Notes: generated by a model not told the origin, from the sequence alone. DNA of 64,000 nucleotides from Eledone cirrhosa (GCA_964016885.1 OZ024743.1:320974001-321038000); one strand, 5' to 3'. Counted from the first letter of the stretch, positions 12,749 to 33,354 are shown. Numbers and translations are program-made.

Positions 12749-13835
12749 ATGCTTTGGGAGGGTCATGTTGCCAATAAGAAACACACGCACCAGTTGCTTT
12801 CACTTCAATTTATTATAAATTAAATTTAGGAATTTAGGAATTTATAAATTTCCGGTTGGTTGGTTGGTTCCACAACCAGACGATTGTTCATATATTGTCA
12901 AAGTTCTTTCGTCACACATTCTGTGACCTCTTTAGTGAATGGGGATTCTTTTCTTTGTTTTTGTGCCTCTCCTTTGTTCTGTCCTACGTCATCTTGTTTT
13001 TGTTGTGTGCTTAGATAGATAAGAAATGTATAATCAGTAAACTAAGCCCCCATATTAACTGTAAAACTAGAAATGTAGTATATAGCATAAGATGTACTGA
13101 AGGGCAATGTAGAGATAAGAATATAGTGTACATAGGTGAGATAGCTCGTAGTATAGGGGAACGGATAAATGAACACTGGTGAGAGCTTCAAGATAGTAAA
13201 GAATCATCTGTACTCCACCAACATGCTAAAATAGAACATAAGCGTAAATTAGAAAACATAGAAATAAAAATAGAATCTACACACAGAAAAGACGTCATGT
13301 TTAGACAAATCACAGAGGCAATAAACATAAATGAACTCCAACCATAATTAAATAGAAAACATGAATGGAATAGCAACATCACGACTTACAACTAAGGACA
13401 AAATGAAAACACACACACACATAGAACAAACAACCAACATGTAAATAAACAAATAAATAAACAAATATAAACACACACAGACACCCGGATGTAACACATG
13501 CGCAAACTAAGCACACAACAAAAACAAGATGGCGTAGGACAGAACAAAGGAGAGGCACAAAAACAAAGAAAAAAATCCCCAGTCACTGAAGAGGTCACAG
13601 AATGTGTGACGAAAGAACTTTGACAATATATTAACAATCGTCTGGTTGTGGAACCAACCAACCGAAAATTTATAAATTCCTAAATTTATAAATTTAATTT
13701 ATAATAAATTTGAAGTGAAAGCAACTGGTGCGTGTGTTTCTTATTGGCAACATGACCCTCCCAAAGTATAACAATATCGGTTTCAACACACGTTTTCAGA
13801 TAAAGAATCTTGCTAAACAAATTCAGAAACGAAAT
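12742..13835 (+). mobile_element. 5'-truncated Naiad-like PLE with inverted 5' pseudo-LTR
   Basis: Inverted pLTR 12742-13012; EN fragment 13013-13394 ([25 protein letters not shown]); sense pLTR to 13835; (TA)n on both sides; same family as 55158-56087. Confidence 0.85.
13582..13624 (+). ncRNA. Minimal type I hammerhead ribozyme (Naiad-like pLTR)
   Basis: GTCA-CTGAAGA-G-GTCACA/TGTGAC-GAAAG-AA-CTT-TGAC; the inverted copy near 12900-12937 has a mutated core. Confidence 0.8.
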
Positions 13836-13896
13836 ATATATATATATATGTGTATATGCATATATATATATTTATATGCATATATATATATATATA

Positions 13897-14055
<159 letters not shown>

Positions 14056-14373
14056 ATAAAATACAATATGTTGAAAAGGTAACACACTAGAGAGAGATAG
14101 TGCGCTATCAATATAACAGTCTTTCCTCTCTCACTGCTCGGTTGAGCACACTTCTCTGAGTGGTTTTGGCGCTGCCCTTTCTAGCAGCTCGTCCCTCAGA
14201 CACCAATGGTTCCTTTTCAACATATTGTATTTTAAAGACCTCAGGATTCCTTCTCCTTTGAGTACAGGCAATTGCGAGAGTCTATGGCTCCGTTAATTTA
14301 TTATGTATATGCATATATATATATATATAGCCGTCGAAACGGCTTGAGCTCAGCTGTCGGGGTCTTACTGGTT

Positions 14374-14437
<64 letters not shown>

Positions 14438-14480
14438 AAAGGAACCAAAGAACGCTTACATACTCAAACAGTTTTTATTT

Positions 14481-14525
14481 GCTTACAATGTTTCATCCAT
14501 ACCGTTTGGTAGGAATCTTCAGAGC
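14481..14525 (-). ncRNA. Minimal type I hammerhead ribozyme in a short pLTR next to (TA)n
   Basis: GCT-CTGAAGA-T-TCCTACC/GGTATGGA-T-GAAAC-ATT-GTA-AGC. Confidence 0.8.
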
Positions 14526-14934
14526 TTAATAAATACAGTGCTGAGTATAAGCTCTACCAGGCTTAGTCACACGAACAATCGGAATACAATACTGTCATAA
14601 TACAACACGGTGCATGTGTGTCTATGCACATATGCTCCGTGCTATACGTAAATAAATATATATATATATGCACATATATACATTTTAATTTATATTTTTA
14701 ATTATTGTGTGTCTACCGTGCCTTCCATAGATTATAGATTCCATACACTGGTGGTTTTCCCTGTTTTATTGATAGCACATTATCTCTCTTTATCAACATA
14801 TATTATTTTAAAGAGCTAAGGATTCCTTTTCCTTTCAGCACATTATCGACAGGGAATAACGAGAGTCTATGGCACCGTTATTTTAGTTTTTGGTTTTATC
14901 GGAGGAGACATGAAGATTGCGGGATTTGTTTATA

Positions 14935-15222
14935 TTCCGCTATTCAGTATTTAAGTAGGCCTGGAATGGTGTGGTGGCTCTACGAAATTTGATATCTTTG
15001 ATCATCTTGAAGAGGTCTTCTTCAAATGGTTAAAATAGGCTGTTGGTGGGTGGTGCCCTATTCGTTTTGAAACCGAACTTCTCATCATTGGTAGATGCTA
15101 CATCAGGGTTGTCGAGGAAGAAGGCTCTCCATCTAATTCGCTTGATGAACTCGTCGGTACGTCTGATGAGTGTTTTTAGGTAAAGTTTCCTTGAAGGGAT
15201 GGGGATATTCTTCATGGAGACA
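14935..15222 (-). mobile_element. N-terminal ORF fragment of a Hydra-type PLE
   Basis: SMKNIPIPSRKLYLK...FIKRIRWRAFF...FGFKTNRAPP. Confidence 0.75.
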
Positions 15223-15707
15223 TCGTGTGTATATATGTATGTGTATATGTATGTGTGTGTGTGTGCGTATATATATGTATGTATGTGTGTATATGTGTAT
15301 ATATATATGAATGTGCGTATATATGTATATATATATCTTACTCACATTTCAACCAGGTTTGATGGTCTTTATTCTCTCGTTCACGATTTCACCGAATTTA
15401 TATTCATAGAAATCTGGGACTTGTCTCTTTCTTCATCACTTTCTGTTGCTTAAACCATTTTGTTTGTTTACCCTAGCGTCCCCTTTATTTACGTGTCCCA
15501 ACGACTTTTTTTAGCCGTTGCTCGCACCAACCTGAGGTATATGGTCTTTAAAGCGATGAAATGCCTATGACGGTTGGAAGACCACTGATGAAGGACAAAC
15601 ATTTTCATATGTAACCCATTTGCAACGCCGCAGCTCCATTATTATCATATTTACATATATATATATATATATATATACATATATATGAGTGTGTGGGTGT
15701 GTGTGTA

Positions 15708-15806
<99 letters not shown>

Positions 15807-16260
15807 ATATGTGTATATGTGTATATGTGTTTGTATATGTTTGTATATGCGTATATTTATATACGTGTGTGTGTGTGAATGTGTCTGTAGACACCTGAAA
15901 TATAGCTTAAGAGAAACATGACAATAAGGACAGGCAGCCAATATTTGAACTTGTTTATAGAATTCTCTCTGCCTTTGTCACTCTAAGTAGAGCTTTAAAG
16001 AATTAGCTTTTAAAGAATTTCCCTTTTCTTTAAACCCATCAACCATGACTGACCCCCAACCATCTTATAGACACCTGAAATATAGGCATTGTTGGCTTAA
16101 GATAAACTTAAAAATAAGGAGTGGCTCCCCAATTTGTACTTGTTTATAGCTTTAAAGAATTAGCTTTTAATGAATTCCCTTTTCTTTCAACCAATGACCT
16201 CCACCCATCCCACTCCCCACCAGAAAATATATAAATACCACCACATTTATTTGGACAGTT

Positions 16261-16311
16261 AGATTCCTGATGATTTCTCAGGAATGAAACAATTCTAGTC
16301 CTGTAGAATCT
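16261..16311 (+). ncRNA. Type I hammerhead ribozyme with extended stem III
   Basis: AGATTC-CTGATGA-T-TTC/GAA-T-GAAACA...TGTA-GAATCT; the 3' half recurs at 37750-37780; the pLTR tail recurs inverted at 16431-16503. Confidence 0.8.
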
Positions 16312-16356
16312 CACTATATTAAAACTTTTATACTCTGCTATGTATTGAGTACCTGA

Positions 16357-16420
<64 letters not shown>

Positions 16421-16503
16421 TATATATATAGGTAAGTTATTCCGGTTTGAATCGGAGGTAACCACAGTAAGTAAGGTACTCAATACATAGCAGAGCATAA
16501 AAG

Positions 16504-18447
<1,944 letters not shown>

Positions 18448-18479
18448 TATATATATATATATAATATATATATATGCAT

Positions 18480-18720
18480 AATATTCAATGATATTAAATA
18501 AATGGAAACTATATTTATAAAACCATATTTATTCTATTATATGTATTTCAAGGGTACCAAAAATACTTGAACCGTTAAGGTATATTTTCTTGGTTGTCAA
18601 AATTTATAAAACAAACTTTGTATTTTATCTGATGAAAGCGTACCAAAGTTAATATAAATATAGTTTCCATTTATTTTATATCATTGTATATATATATATA
18701 TATATATGCATATATATATA

Positions 18721-18785
<65 letters not shown>

Positions 18786-18990
18786 GCATATACATACAAA
18801 GTTTGTTTCATAAATTTTGACAACCAAGAAAATATACCTTAACGGTTCAAGTTTTCCTTGTAAATATTGACATAACCGGGAAGAAGATCTTAACGGTTCA
18901 AGTATTTTTGGTACCCTTGAAATACATATAATAGAATAAATATGGTTTTATAAATATAGTTTCCAATTATTTAATATCATTGAATATTAT
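18480..18990. repeat. Rearranged inverted pLTR segments around a (TA)n tract (family of 37340-37550 and 56187-56400)
   Basis: 18480-18620 is largely the reverse complement of 18796-18990; HHR halves are separated (CTGATGA at 18629, GAAATACATATA at ~18920). Confidence 0.7.
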
Positions 18991-19629
18991 ACTCCAGAAA
19001 ACTTGTCGAGTGCTCTGAATCAGTTATATACATTTATATTTGTTGAATTACTAATAGAGAAGGTATGAGTAAGGAAAACATTGCTTTAATGTAACAGTTA
19101 TAGAAATTTTAAAATGTGGGATACTACAAATTAGGATTATAGAGGAAGACGTCTCTGGAAATATAATTTTATTATAGTTTATGAAAGCAACCGATAGATA
19201 ATTAAAGAGAGGGAGAGATAAAGGGGAGTAATTTATGCAAAAAAATGTTTCCGCATATAGACTTTGCGGTTAAGTTTCAAAATATTTAATTTATGTTATT
19301 TTAGGGTGAAGAATCAAAATTTTAAGTTTTTAAAAGTTGATGGTTATTTATATTAATTTTATAAATTTTATAAATTTTTTAAATGTGTTACATTACTAAA
19401 ATTCTGAATTTTATGAAAACAAAATTAAAGGATTTACTAGGCCCGCGAAAGAAAAATATACAGTGTTGAATACTCCCTTAAATGTAATCTTTAACAAAAA
19501 TTATATATAACAGTGTCAACATTTTCGGTATGTAAAATTTCTGAAGTACTTACTGTTACAAATATCGAAGAATTTATTGTCAAGTAGATACATTGTCTAA
19601 AGTATATTGATTAACGCAGAGTTTTCAGC

Positions 19630-22262
<2,633 letters not shown>

Positions 22263-22324
22263 TATATATATATATTCATACATATATATATAAGCAAAAG
22301 GGATATTTAATTTGTTGGTAAAAC

Positions 22325-23035
22325 AAGAGAAAAAAGAAAAAAGAAAAAAGAAAAAAGAAAAAAGAAAAAAGAAAAAAGAAAAAAGAAAAAAGAAAAAAGA
22401 AAAAAGAAAAAAGAAAAAAGAAAAAAGAAAAAAGAAAAAATAAAAAAGAAAAAATAAAAAAAAAATAAAAAAAGAAAAAAAGAAGAAAAAAGAAAAAAAG
22501 AAAAAATAAAAAATAAAAAAGAAAAAAGAAAAAAGAAAAAAGAAAAAAGAAAAGAAAAAATAACAAAAAAAAAAAAATAAATAAATTTAAAAAAAATAAA
22601 AAGAAAATAAAAAATAAAAAAAAGTAAAAAAAAATAAAAAAAAAAAAATAAAAAAAAAAATAAATAAAAAAAAAAAAATAAAAAAAAAATAAAAAATAAA
22701 AAATAAAAAATAAAAAATTAAAAAAAAAATAAAAAAAAAATAAAAAATAAAAAATAAAAAATAAAAAATAAATAAAAAATAAAAAAATAAAAAATAAAAA
22801 ATAAAAAATAAAAAATAAAAAATAAAAAATAAAAAATAAAAAATAAAAAATAAAAAACAAAAAATAAAAAATAAAAAATAAAAAATAAAAAATAAAAAAT
22901 AAAAAATAAAAAATAAAAAATAAAAAATAAAAAATAAAAAATAAAAAATAAAAAATAAAAAATAAAAAATAAAAAATAAAAAATAAAAAATAAAAAATAA
23001 AAAATAAAAAATAAAAAATAAAAAATAAAAAATAA
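22325..23035. repeat. Heptamer satellite changing from (GAAAAAA)n to (TAAAAAA)n
   Basis: 7-bp period visible directly; source of the spurious Phe-rich ORFs. Confidence 0.9.
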
Positions 23036-23575
23036 ATAGATATAGAGAAAAAGGACAGAGAGGAAAAAACAGAGAAAGAAGAGAAGAGGATGAAGAAAAA
23101 AAGATTAAAGATAAAGAACAAGAAAAATAAAAATAAAAATAAAGAGAAAAAATCAATGACAACAACAATAAATGAATAAATGTTAATAAACAAGTTACAT
23201 CGCGGATGATAAAAAAACAATACAAAATGTGATAAAAAATAAACAAAATATGTTTATATGTGCGAAGAAAAGTAAACATAGTATGATTATTTACAGTAGT
23301 TGTGGTGTTGGTGGTTAAAATATAGAGATATGACGGTATAAACATCAACATGTTAAATATATTCATGTATGTATTAGTTACATTAATAAATTAATTAAAT
23401 AAGTAATTAATTATTTAATTAATTGTAAGTTATATTAGAAGTGAAAATAATGCGTTAAGATATAATGTAAGAGATGAAATAAATTTAGGGAAAGAAATAG
23501 AAAGAGAGAATATGAAAGAGAGAAAATATAAAAGGTTATGATGTTGGTTCATTGACAGTTGATGACAATAATAAT

Positions 23576-24052
23576 AATAATTGTTTCTACTTTTGGCACA
23601 AGGCCAGCAATTACCCAGTGCATTACTGGTACTTTATTTTATCGACCCCATAAGGATGAAAGGCAAAGTTTAACCTCGGCGGGATTTGAACTCAGATCAT
23701 ACAGGGAGATAATTCTATGCTTCAAAGCATGGCGTCCGACCCTCTACCGATACTGCCAATAATAATTGTTTCTACTTTTGGCACAAGGCCAGCAATTACT
23801 CAGTACATTACTGGTACTTTATTTTATCTACCCCCGTAAGGATGAAAGGCAAAGTTAACCTCGGCGGGATTTGAACTCAGATCGTAAGGGGACGTAACTA
23901 TGCTGGAAAGCATGTCCGACCCTCTACCGATACTGCCAATTCACCAGATAATAATTGTTTCTACTTTAGGCACAAGGCCAGCAATTACCCAGTGCATTAC
24001 TTGTACTTTATTTTATCGACTCCGTAAGGATGAAAGGCAAAGTCAACCTTGG
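23576..24052 (-). mobile_element. Three head-to-tail copies of a tRNA-derived SINE
   Basis: Each copy carries part or all of A box TGGCAGTATCGG, B box GAGTTCAAATCC, body TTGCCTTTCATCCTTACGGGGTCGATAAAATAAAGTACCAG and tail GGCCTTGTGCC..AGTAGAAACAATTATT; the third copy is 5'-truncated. Confidence 0.9.
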
Positions 24053-26750
24053 AATGATAATAGGTTATTATAATAGATTCAGGTGGTACAATTTGAATTA
24101 TGGAATAGATGGGATGAATTAAGTTGGTCTGAAATTATTGAATTTGCTCGCCGTTTTATGCCTACAGAAAATTGTTTGTTCAATTTTGCTGTTAAGTAGC
24201 ATTTTGTTATATTTTAAAATATGGAATAATTGCATATTGCAAAGTCCACAATGGAACATACCAATTCTATAGGCCATTGCTGTTGACAACTTCACCCAGC
24301 TAATTCTGTATTCCTGGTTTGTATCTTTGAGCTGCCAAATTTTATTGGCGAGCGTCGTTGTGTTCATAAGCTTCCGGTTATTTATAGAGTGCGTGGACAT
24401 GCCACCTCTTCTTGAACTCCCCCGCCGTAGAACCTATGTAGTGCCATGCTAAGTTGCCTGAATTTATAGTACACAGGTACACTATATTTGACTCCAGGCA
24501 TCTATTTTGTAATGGGCATTTATCAGGCAAATGACAGTTACATTTTGATGCTTTCCTATGTGTCGGTTCCGCGTTACGGGTTTGTATGTTGTTATGTATC
24601 GGCTGAGAATTGGGTTTGTTGATGTATTGTGGTGATGTGTTCTGACGAGTGTTTGGCTGTGAAGATGTTATGTGTTTGTGTTTTATATTTGGTGTTATGG
24701 TGCTTGTTTGCAGGTTATTTGTATTAGAGATTCTTTTATAGTTAATTTTATGTATGTGTGATTCTGTGTTGGTGGCAGTAGAGAAGAAAGATAGTTTGAT
24801 AGTATTTCTATTAAATATGTTATGGTATTTGTGAAGATTAGGGAAGTGCTTGTCAACTAATTTAAAGAAAGTATAAGGTAGTTTGGTTTTTATAGAGGAG
24901 TTAAATATTGGATTGAACCATAAGTATTTTCTATCTCTGCATCCTCTATGGTTTCTAGTGGTCCTTATATTAGTATTCGGTGCAATTATTTCTAGTGCTT
25001 GTTGCCAATTTCTATGTTTAGTCCTAGATGTGTTGTTTCTATAGGTGTGGATGGTGTTATTTCTGTTAAATGTGTTGTTATATTTTGTATCTGGTATGTA
25101 TTTGAGCCTCTCTTTATGGCCTGCCTTAAGTAAAGCTATGTTGTAGTAGTTAGCATGTTCGTTAAAAATCTCTAGATTAGAAGATAAGCGTGAAATTCTA
25201 AGAGATATACTATGTGCTATGGAGTTAATTATGGAGCGAAGGTGATTAGCGTTATAATTTATGTAAGATAGATTTTCGTTATTTTTATGGAAGGGTTCTA
25301 TTAGTCCTGTGTTTAGGTTAAGTGATACATCTAAAAAGTTAGGTTTTTTAGAGTTGAGTTCAAAAGTGATGTTTAGGCCTAATTTATTGAAGAATGTTCT
25401 AATCTTTTTACGTAATCTTTCCAAGTTTTGATTATTTAGGTTTTTAGCTAAAAGTAATGTATCGTCTCTATAAATTCCTCCCTGTAGGTTATCAAATTCC
25501 TTATGCAAGATATGTGCTATATATATATTCCGCCAATGTCCGTTACTTGAACTGAATAGTTCGATCTCATAGTGATATCAAAGTTATTTTGTCTATTTTT
25601 TCTTTCCCAGTAACTATTATCGAACCTAATGATTGTTCTTCTAGCAGCAAGTATTATTTTAATTTCATTTGGTGATAGGTTAGAGTTTTTTTGTGCAAAG
25701 GTTAGTGCCTTATTTAGGGTTACTGGGGAAATAGAGGAGTAGTAGTCATTGATGTCAAATTGTATGAAGTCGGAAGATTCCTTATTGTCTAATTTGCTAA
25801 ACCAATCTATTGTTTCATTAGTGTTACCCCAAAGCTTAATTATTAGTTTTTCTTTAATTTATGGTATTATTCTATCTAGTATATACTTTCTAATTTTGCC
25901 TATATCAGATTTTGATGGGCATATTAATCTAATAGTAGGGTCAGTTTCGAAGTTGCATTTATGATCTTTCAGATTAAAGGTTCGGTTGTATCAGATATTT
26001 TCAGTATTTTTACTATGTTAAGTCCTTCCTTATTAATGCTATTGAGTGTAGTCTCTGTAGTTTTCTTCTATTTTTTGTGTAATTCCCGGCGTATAAAGTT
26101 GTTTTATGTATTAAGGCTCATGGTGTATACGCTTGATGTTTTGTCTGCCTTTACTATAATACCGTTAGTATTACGCTATTTTTTTAGTAGTGCATTGATG
26201 TTATTTTGCAGTTTGTTGTTATGCGTTCGTTTTTTGAATATGGTTTCGTTTATCATGTTCATGAGGTCAAGTTCAAAGGCATCAAGTTGGTGGTTGTTCG
26301 GTGCATTTTTACAGAATTTGAATCCATTTTTTCTCTCTCTTTCTTTTTTCTCTCTTTTTCTTTATTAATGATGTTGTAATTTGAATTCGTAGACACTGAA
26401 CATATTTTTAACAGTCCTTCTGATGATCTGGTTAAGCTAACAACGTATTTAAAATTGAGTGACACCGCTTCAAGTGTTCAGAAATTTTTAGACAACTTAA
26501 TCAGTGAAACAATTGTTAAGACTGTAAATAAAACCCTTTTTTTGTACTGTTGACCATGTTATTATTAACTCTTTCAATATTATTACTCCAAGATAAACTT
26601 ACATAGGAATGCAAGAGAACTCATAAACTCGCCCCCTACGGAAACCTCTTGTTGAGTCAAACAACGCCGTACGCTAAAACTATCCACAATACGAAGTATT
26701 CACAACCTCCAACTGGATTACCTATAACGATATTTTGTTATTCCTTATAT
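24053..26750 (-). mobile_element. Near full-length, disabled Hydra-type PLE
   Basis: [59 protein letters not shown]; the 5' segment 26575-26750 is homologous to 34795-34965. Confidence 0.9.
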
Positions 26751-26834
26751 GCATATATATATATATGTGTGTGTGTGTGTGCACATATGTGTATATATAT
26801 ATATATATATATATTTATTAAAATAACAGATTAA

Positions 26835-26885
26835 AGTTTAAGCAAAGAATCGCTGCTTTCACCCTTAACGGGATCTTCTGAAACT
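26835..26885 (-). ncRNA. Hammerhead-like motif with variant CAGAAGA core
   Basis: AGTTT-CAGAAGA-T-CCC/GGG-T-GAAAGCA...TGCTT-AAACT; homologues at 12121-12171 and 38316-38366. Confidence 0.6.
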
Positions 26886-26986
26886 AACAAAGTCAATCAG
26901 TAAACGCAGAAGTTGATATTTCAAAAAACGTTGCAACCGGAGGAAGACAGCCCTCTTCGGATTTTAGTCTTCACATTTATTATTAT

Positions 26987-27076
<90 letters not shown>

Positions 27077-27164
27077 ATAATAATAATATATATATATATA
27101 TACATACATACATATTTATATATATATATACATATGTATATATATATATACATATATATATATA

Positions 27165-29222
<2,058 letters not shown>

Positions 29223-29344
29223 TTTTCGGCTCTGTTTAACTACATTGAGCTATACCTTTTACTGTCATTTCTATAATACGAAGAGGGTGTTTAACTCCAA
29301 CACGCTCCAGTATTTTACCCTTATATATATATATATATATGTAA

Positions 29345-29384
<40 letters not shown>

Positions 29385-29387
<3 letters not shown>

Positions 29388-32300
29388 CTTGAAATTATTA
29401 ATAAATATAGACATTCATGTGATGAAATATATTTTATTATACATATTTCAGAGATACTGACCTATTTCAACAGTACGTCCTCATCAGATAAAATAAGTTG
29501 ATACCTGACATACCTTGACTATGTTGATGGTTATAATTCAGTCATGGCAGTGATTAATTATGACAAAACTCGATATTTATATTCCTTAAGTTGAAACATG
29601 AAAAATTACATATAATACAGAGGGTGCGTATGAGAATATGTAAAAAGATATATAAATAATTAATAATATATAATACATAAACTTATATAAATGTAAAAAA
29701 TTTAAATAATAATAATATATTCATACCTCATTATTGTTGATAGTGGAAGTGATAGATTGATATAGCAAATCATGAGTAAAGAGAGAAAAAAAGAAGGAGA
29801 TTTGATCGTAGGAACAAGAGAAGGGAGAAATGATCAAATGATAGAGAGAGGAAAATAAGTTAAATCGTATAATCAAAGGGAGGAAGATATGCATTGTAAC
29901 ATGTAAATAGCGTATAATTAGATAGGGGGAAAAAATAATGCGTGACTGTTTATTTTCAAATCTTAAGTTAATTGAATATAGTCAATTAATCGAATGGCAT
30001 AAGATTTTAGACAATAAATTTTAAAGGATTTATATTATTGTATTATATCTGAGTTCAAGCAAATGTAACGTGAAAGAGATAAATTTATGTCTATCATAAC
30101 TCCAAAGGTATTCACAAGTATATTTAAAAGTATATTAAAATCAAGAATATAATCAGTACATTAGTAAAAAAAAAACCTTAAAATTAAAATGTTATTAACA
30201 AGTCATAAGGCATTATAAATGTATTTAATAAGATATTATTAAACCAGATATATCTAGATATACACATTTGTATAATTTATATATAGACTATATATTTTAA
30301 GGTTTAAGGCGATATTATTCACTTATATGTAGTATAATTACTGTTAAAAGTGTTATAAATTTAATTCAACTAGATTTTACTGTATTTGAAATTTTACATC
30401 AATTTAAGTATACAAAACATTTATCAACTTGGATCTAAGGAGACTTTTATACTATAAATGTATAATCATATCCTCGTGAATCGTAAATAACCATTCAAAG
30501 TAATTAAACGGTTTACAAGCCTGAATACATTAAAGGTATCAAATATATAAGATATAAGATTTAGAAAATACGAAAACCAAAATTAAATGTATTTAAACAA
30601 TCTAAAGGTCAATACGTACTCAACAAGAGATGAGGTTAACACTTTCAATGTTAAGGTAGAAACCCTTAATCTAATATTAATAATAGTATAAATAATAAAA
30701 GCATTACAAGAATTTGTAATCTGAGACAATATTGTTTCACACTCATAGTTATTAATAAACGTCTAAATCATTTCACATTTATTCAATGTTTTTTCCTGAT
30801 TTTTTGGGAAGCTTGGAATGTAGATGTAGCTTTGTGCAAGCAATTTGAGAATAATTCACTTTTTTTGTTAATTAATTTATCATAATTAGTAATTATTAAT
30901 AGGGTCTCCATATCACAAAGATAGCAGTTAGGTGATACGGAGGAATTAATGTAGACTTTGCTATTACAAAGTTTTGACCAAAATATTGAGTACTCCAAAT
31001 TTTTGTCTTTCAAGGACCATATGAGTTGTGATAAAGAAGTGGAGAATTTCTTATCCGGATTCGAAAAAGAGTGTTTGTGATTCGAATATCTTAATTTAAA
31101 GCTCGATGAGGTTGCTCCTATATAGTTGTAGGTGATGTTATTTGCTTTAACAGTACATTTATAAACTAGGTTCTTATCAAGTCAATTATTTTGCAGAGGG
31201 CAATTTGATCTATTTCTACAGTTACATTTCGATTTACTGTTATTATTATAATTTAAACTATACACGTTATCATTGCTAATAGTTGGAGGTGTTCTGTTGT
31301 GAGTGCTTAAGTTAATGTTCTTGTTATTCACAGTATCAATATTATTGCTAATGTTAATATTGCCATTATCCCTAATTGTTTGTTGGTTATGATTAAGAAT
31401 TCTACTATTTATTTTTGCAATGTTCTGTGAAATATTCATAGTTGTTGAGTATGATAGCTTAATTGTATGTCTATTGAATATAGAATGGTATTTATGTGTA
31501 CTGGAAAAGCATTTATCTAAAGCCTTAAAGAATAAATTTGCCAGGGGTGTTTTGATAGCTAAAGATGCGGGAGGTGCATACCAAATCACTGCTTTGGTTC
31601 TTATTTTTTTCAGAGATTTATTCACATTATTATTTTTATTTATATTTAAATAATTTTTAGAGTCCGCTTTATTTATGTTATTCGTATTTTTACCTAATTT
31701 ATAATTCGAATTAGTATTATCTAGATATTCAATATTATTTTTATATCCTGCCTTATGTAATGCCTCATTATGATATCCAGCTTTTTCATCAAAAATGGAT
31801 TTGTTAGCGGATAATCTAGTTAAGCGTTTTTGAACACTATTGACTATTGCATTTTTCACGGATTTAGGGTGATTTGAGTAATAGTTAACATAATTTAGGT
31901 TTTCATTGGGCTTATGGAAGGGGTAATATAATCCTGAATTTAAATTAAGGGTGACATCAAGGAAGTTAACTACTTTAGTGCTACTTTCAACTTCTAATTT
32001 TGGGTCATAATTTTTAAAGAATTCTATTATTGTTTTCTTAACCCTATTTAGTTCTGTATTGCTATGCTTAACTACAGTAAATAAAATATCATCCCTATAT
32101 AAACCACCGGTAATCTCCGGCAATTTTCTATTTACCATATTGAGGATAAAAATTCCCAGAAGATCGGTAATTTGTGCAGAGTCAGATGACCCCATGGTAA
32201 TGTCAAACCTTCTATTCCTATCCCAGCGGGTCCAAAACTCATTATTAAAATTAATTAGGGTTCTTCTAGCCGTTAATATGATATTAATCTTCTCGCTAGT

Positions 32301-33027
32301 TAGATCTGTATGTTCATAAGCGTAAGACAAAGCCTTATTCAAGAGGTTAGGTGTAATAGATGAGTAGTAACTTGCTATGTCCATTTGAATAAATTTGTGA
32401 CTTTTCTTATTTTCTATATTTTTAAACCAGTCTATTACTTCACTAGTGTCCTTCCATAAGCTCAGCTTTGACTTCAATTTCAATATTGGTAAAATTCTAT
32501 CAATAATATTTTTACTGATTACTCCAATGTCCGACTTAGAGTGAGCTATCAGTCTAACCAGCAAGTCTTCTACAAAATTTCTCTTGTGATCCTTAAAATT
32601 TATCCTCGGCTGTCTAGGTATAAAAGGTTCGTTCTTTCTTTCAATTCCAAGTTTGGCTATTATTTTAAACGCGTCATTATTGATGTCTATTAGATCATCA
32701 GATGGGGCCTTTCTATAATTCTATCTCAGTTCTTTTAAAATTAAATCTTTATATTCTGTTTTTTTCTATCCCATATAAGTTGTTGGTTTTGTCTGACTTC
32801 ACCAATATTTTATTTTCTTTTATTTGTATCTATGATTTTTTTCCTTCAGACTTCAAAGGTATTGTTGACCCTTATATGGGTTTTTCTTAAATTTTATCTT
32901 CTTTAGTATATTAAGAATTTCACTTTCAAAATCCTCCAGGAGTTTGTTGTATGGAGGATTTTTCCTAGATTTGAAGATGTTTTCGAAATTATTGTTGTTT
33001 TTCCTTTTTGCTTCTTTGTTTTAATTT
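29385..33027 (-). mobile_element. Hydra-type PLE with long AT-rich 3' UTR, disabled
   Basis: 460-aa ORF (VRLIAHSKSDIG, FDITMGSSD, GLYRDD, CNCRNRSNCPLQNN) plus EN remainder at 30783-31180; degenerate HHR core (CTGATGA...GAAAT) at ~29457-29495 near the 3' end. Confidence 0.9.
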
Positions 33028-33030
33028 TAT

Positions 33031-33129
<99 letters not shown>

Positions 33130-33143
33130 GAGAGAGAGAGAGA

Positions 33144-33354
33144 GGTAGAACACTGGAAGGTGATATCCGTAGTGGTAGAACACTCAGTCCATGGGACGAG
33201 TTAGGTAGAAGTGGTTACACAACAGTTAGTTCACCATACCGAGAACAATTGTTTCACCTCAGTGGATCCTCAACCCCGTTATGAGCTGAAGATCCGCTAA
33301 GATGAAACAATTATTCACGGTACGGTGAAGAAACTGTTGTGTAACCACTTTTGC

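Noticed and set aside
15575-16200. CTGATGA at 15584 and duplicated CCTGAAAT segments as hammerheads
   Set aside because: A complete core with helices I-III could not be built
22276-23366. 314-aa and 259-aa Phe-rich membrane-like ORFs
   Set aside because: Reverse translation of the heptamer satellite
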